Translations under genes and position numbers: made by a program | Shown: positions 54,985-56,654 of the stretch, piece by piece | Layout of the letters: the number at the start of each line of letters is the position of its first letter | Position numbering within the stretch: position 1 is the first letter of the stretch | DNA from: Prorocentrum cordatum | Taxonomy: Eukaryota | Reading direction: 5' to 3' | DNA: 56,654 nt | NCBI GenBank assembly: GCA_963575745.1 | Contig: CAUYUJ010000076.1 | Coordinates: forward strand, 62,001-118,654 | The notes under the pieces: model-generated | Database searches by the model: none | Told to the model about the DNA's origin: nothing | What the model saw: the letters and a program-made list of their open reading frames with translations, nothing else

Positions 54985-56012
54985 ACCCATCCTTCTCCTC
55001 CTCCTCCTCCTCCTCCTCTTCCTCCTCCTCCTCCTCCTCCTCTTCCTCCTTCTCCTCCTCCTCCTCCTCCTCCTCCTCCTCCTCCTCCTCCTCCTCCTCC
55101 TCCTCCTCTCTCTTCTAGTTTCCATAGTCTCCACACCCTCCCCTCTCCTCCTCTCTCTCCCTGCCATTCTTCCGGTCCGTCTGATTACCGCTGCTTCTCC
55201 TCTCCCTATTTCTCCTCCTCGTCTCCCGTTCTTCCTTCTCCTTCTGCTCCTCCTCCTCCTCCTCCTCCTCCTCCCTCCTCCTCCTCCTCCCTTGTCCTCC
55301 TGCTCCTCCTTCTCCGTTCTCCTCCTCCTATTCCCTCCTCCGCCCTCGTTTCTCACTCCTCCTCTCCTCCTCCCTCTCTCCTCCTCCTCCTCCTCCTCCT
55401 CCTCCTCCTCCCCTTCCTCTCCTCCTCCTCCTCCTCCTCCTCCTCCTTCCTCCTTCTCCCTACTCCCCTCCTCCTCCCTCCTCCTCCTCCTCCTCCTCCT
55501 GGGGCGATGGTTTCCCTCTCCCTCCCAATAACCTTCCCTCCTCCTCCTCCTCCTCCTCCTCCTCCTCCCGCCTCCTCCTCCTCCTTCCTCCTCCCCCTCC
55601 GCCTCCTGCTCCTGCTGCTGCTGCTGCTTGCTGGCTGCCTCCTCCCCTCCTCCTCCCCCTCCTCCTCCTCCCTCACCTTCCCTCCCCCTCCTTCTCCTTC
55701 TTCCCTCACCTGCACTCCTCCCCCCTTCCTCCTCCTCCTCCTCCTCCTCCTCCTCCTCCTCCTTCACCTCCTCCTCCTCCTCATCATCATCAACATCATC
55801 AGCATCATCAACATCACCACCATCATCATCACCACCACCATCATCGTCGTCATCATCATCAGCATCATTATCACCATCACCATCACCACCACCATCATTA
55901 TCATCATACTCATCATAATCATCACCATCATCATCATCATCATCAGCATTGTCATCATCACCATCAGCATCACCATCACCATCATCACCAGCATCAGCAT
56001 CAGCATCATCAC

Positions 56013-56075
<63 letters not shown>

Positions 56076-56294
56076 ACTCATACTCATACTCATACTCATA
56101 CTCATACTCATACTCATACTCATCATCATTATCGACACCAACATCACCGGCATCAAGTTCATCATACACATCAACATCAGCAGCAGCGTCATCATCACCA
56201 CCATCAGCATCATCGACATCATCACCATCAACATCACCAGCATCATCACCATCGTCACCATCATCATTATCACCATCATCACCATTATCACCAC

Positions 56295-56380
<86 letters not shown>

Positions 56381-56654
56381 CAACCACCTTCATCATCATC
56401 AGCATCATCACCATCACCATCATCATCACCACCACCATCATCATCATCAGCATCATCATCATCATAGCATCTTCATTTTCATCTTCATCTTCATTTTCAT
56501 CACCATCATCATCATTGTCACCCCCTCCTCCTCCTCCTCCTCCTCATCATCATCCTTCTTCTCTCCTCACCTGCATCCTCCTCTTCCTTCTCCTCCTCTT
56601 TCTTCTCCTCCTCATCCTCCTCCGCCTCCTCCTCCTCCTTCACCTCCTCCTCCT
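54985..56654. repeat. (CCT)n and (CAT)n microsatellite block
   Basis: Directly visible. Confidence 0.95.

Overview
Eukaryotic, GC-rich, repeat-dense genomic DNA, almost certainly a dinoflagellate. The evidence is two relics of the dinoflagellate spliced leader, GC/GA splice donors with short boundary direct repeats, and all recognisable genes on one strand; Prorocentrum-like origin is an inference. Most ORFs in the supplied track are artefacts of (CCT)n, (GAT)n, (GTC)n and (GT)n microsatellites. Real coding content on the + strand: (1) an intronless tandem NUMOD4-HNH-NUMOD1 endonuclease ORF (4453-5616) downstream of an SL relic; (2) a probable many-small-exon gene of unknown function (about 5733-19990); (3) an 11-12 exon CrtI-type phytoene desaturase family gene with a plastid-like leader (about 26220-42355); (4) a 3-exon secreted coiled-coil protein (46636-51737). 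The most striking feature is that several introns are themselves terminal-inverted-repeat (TIR) elements whose target-site duplication (TSD) or terminus supplies the splice sites. These Introner-like elements fall into at least four families. They are nested with an 8-bp-TSD hAT-like MITE present in about 10 copies and many other MITE families. There is one 100-N assembly gap. All calls were made by eye, with no database searches.
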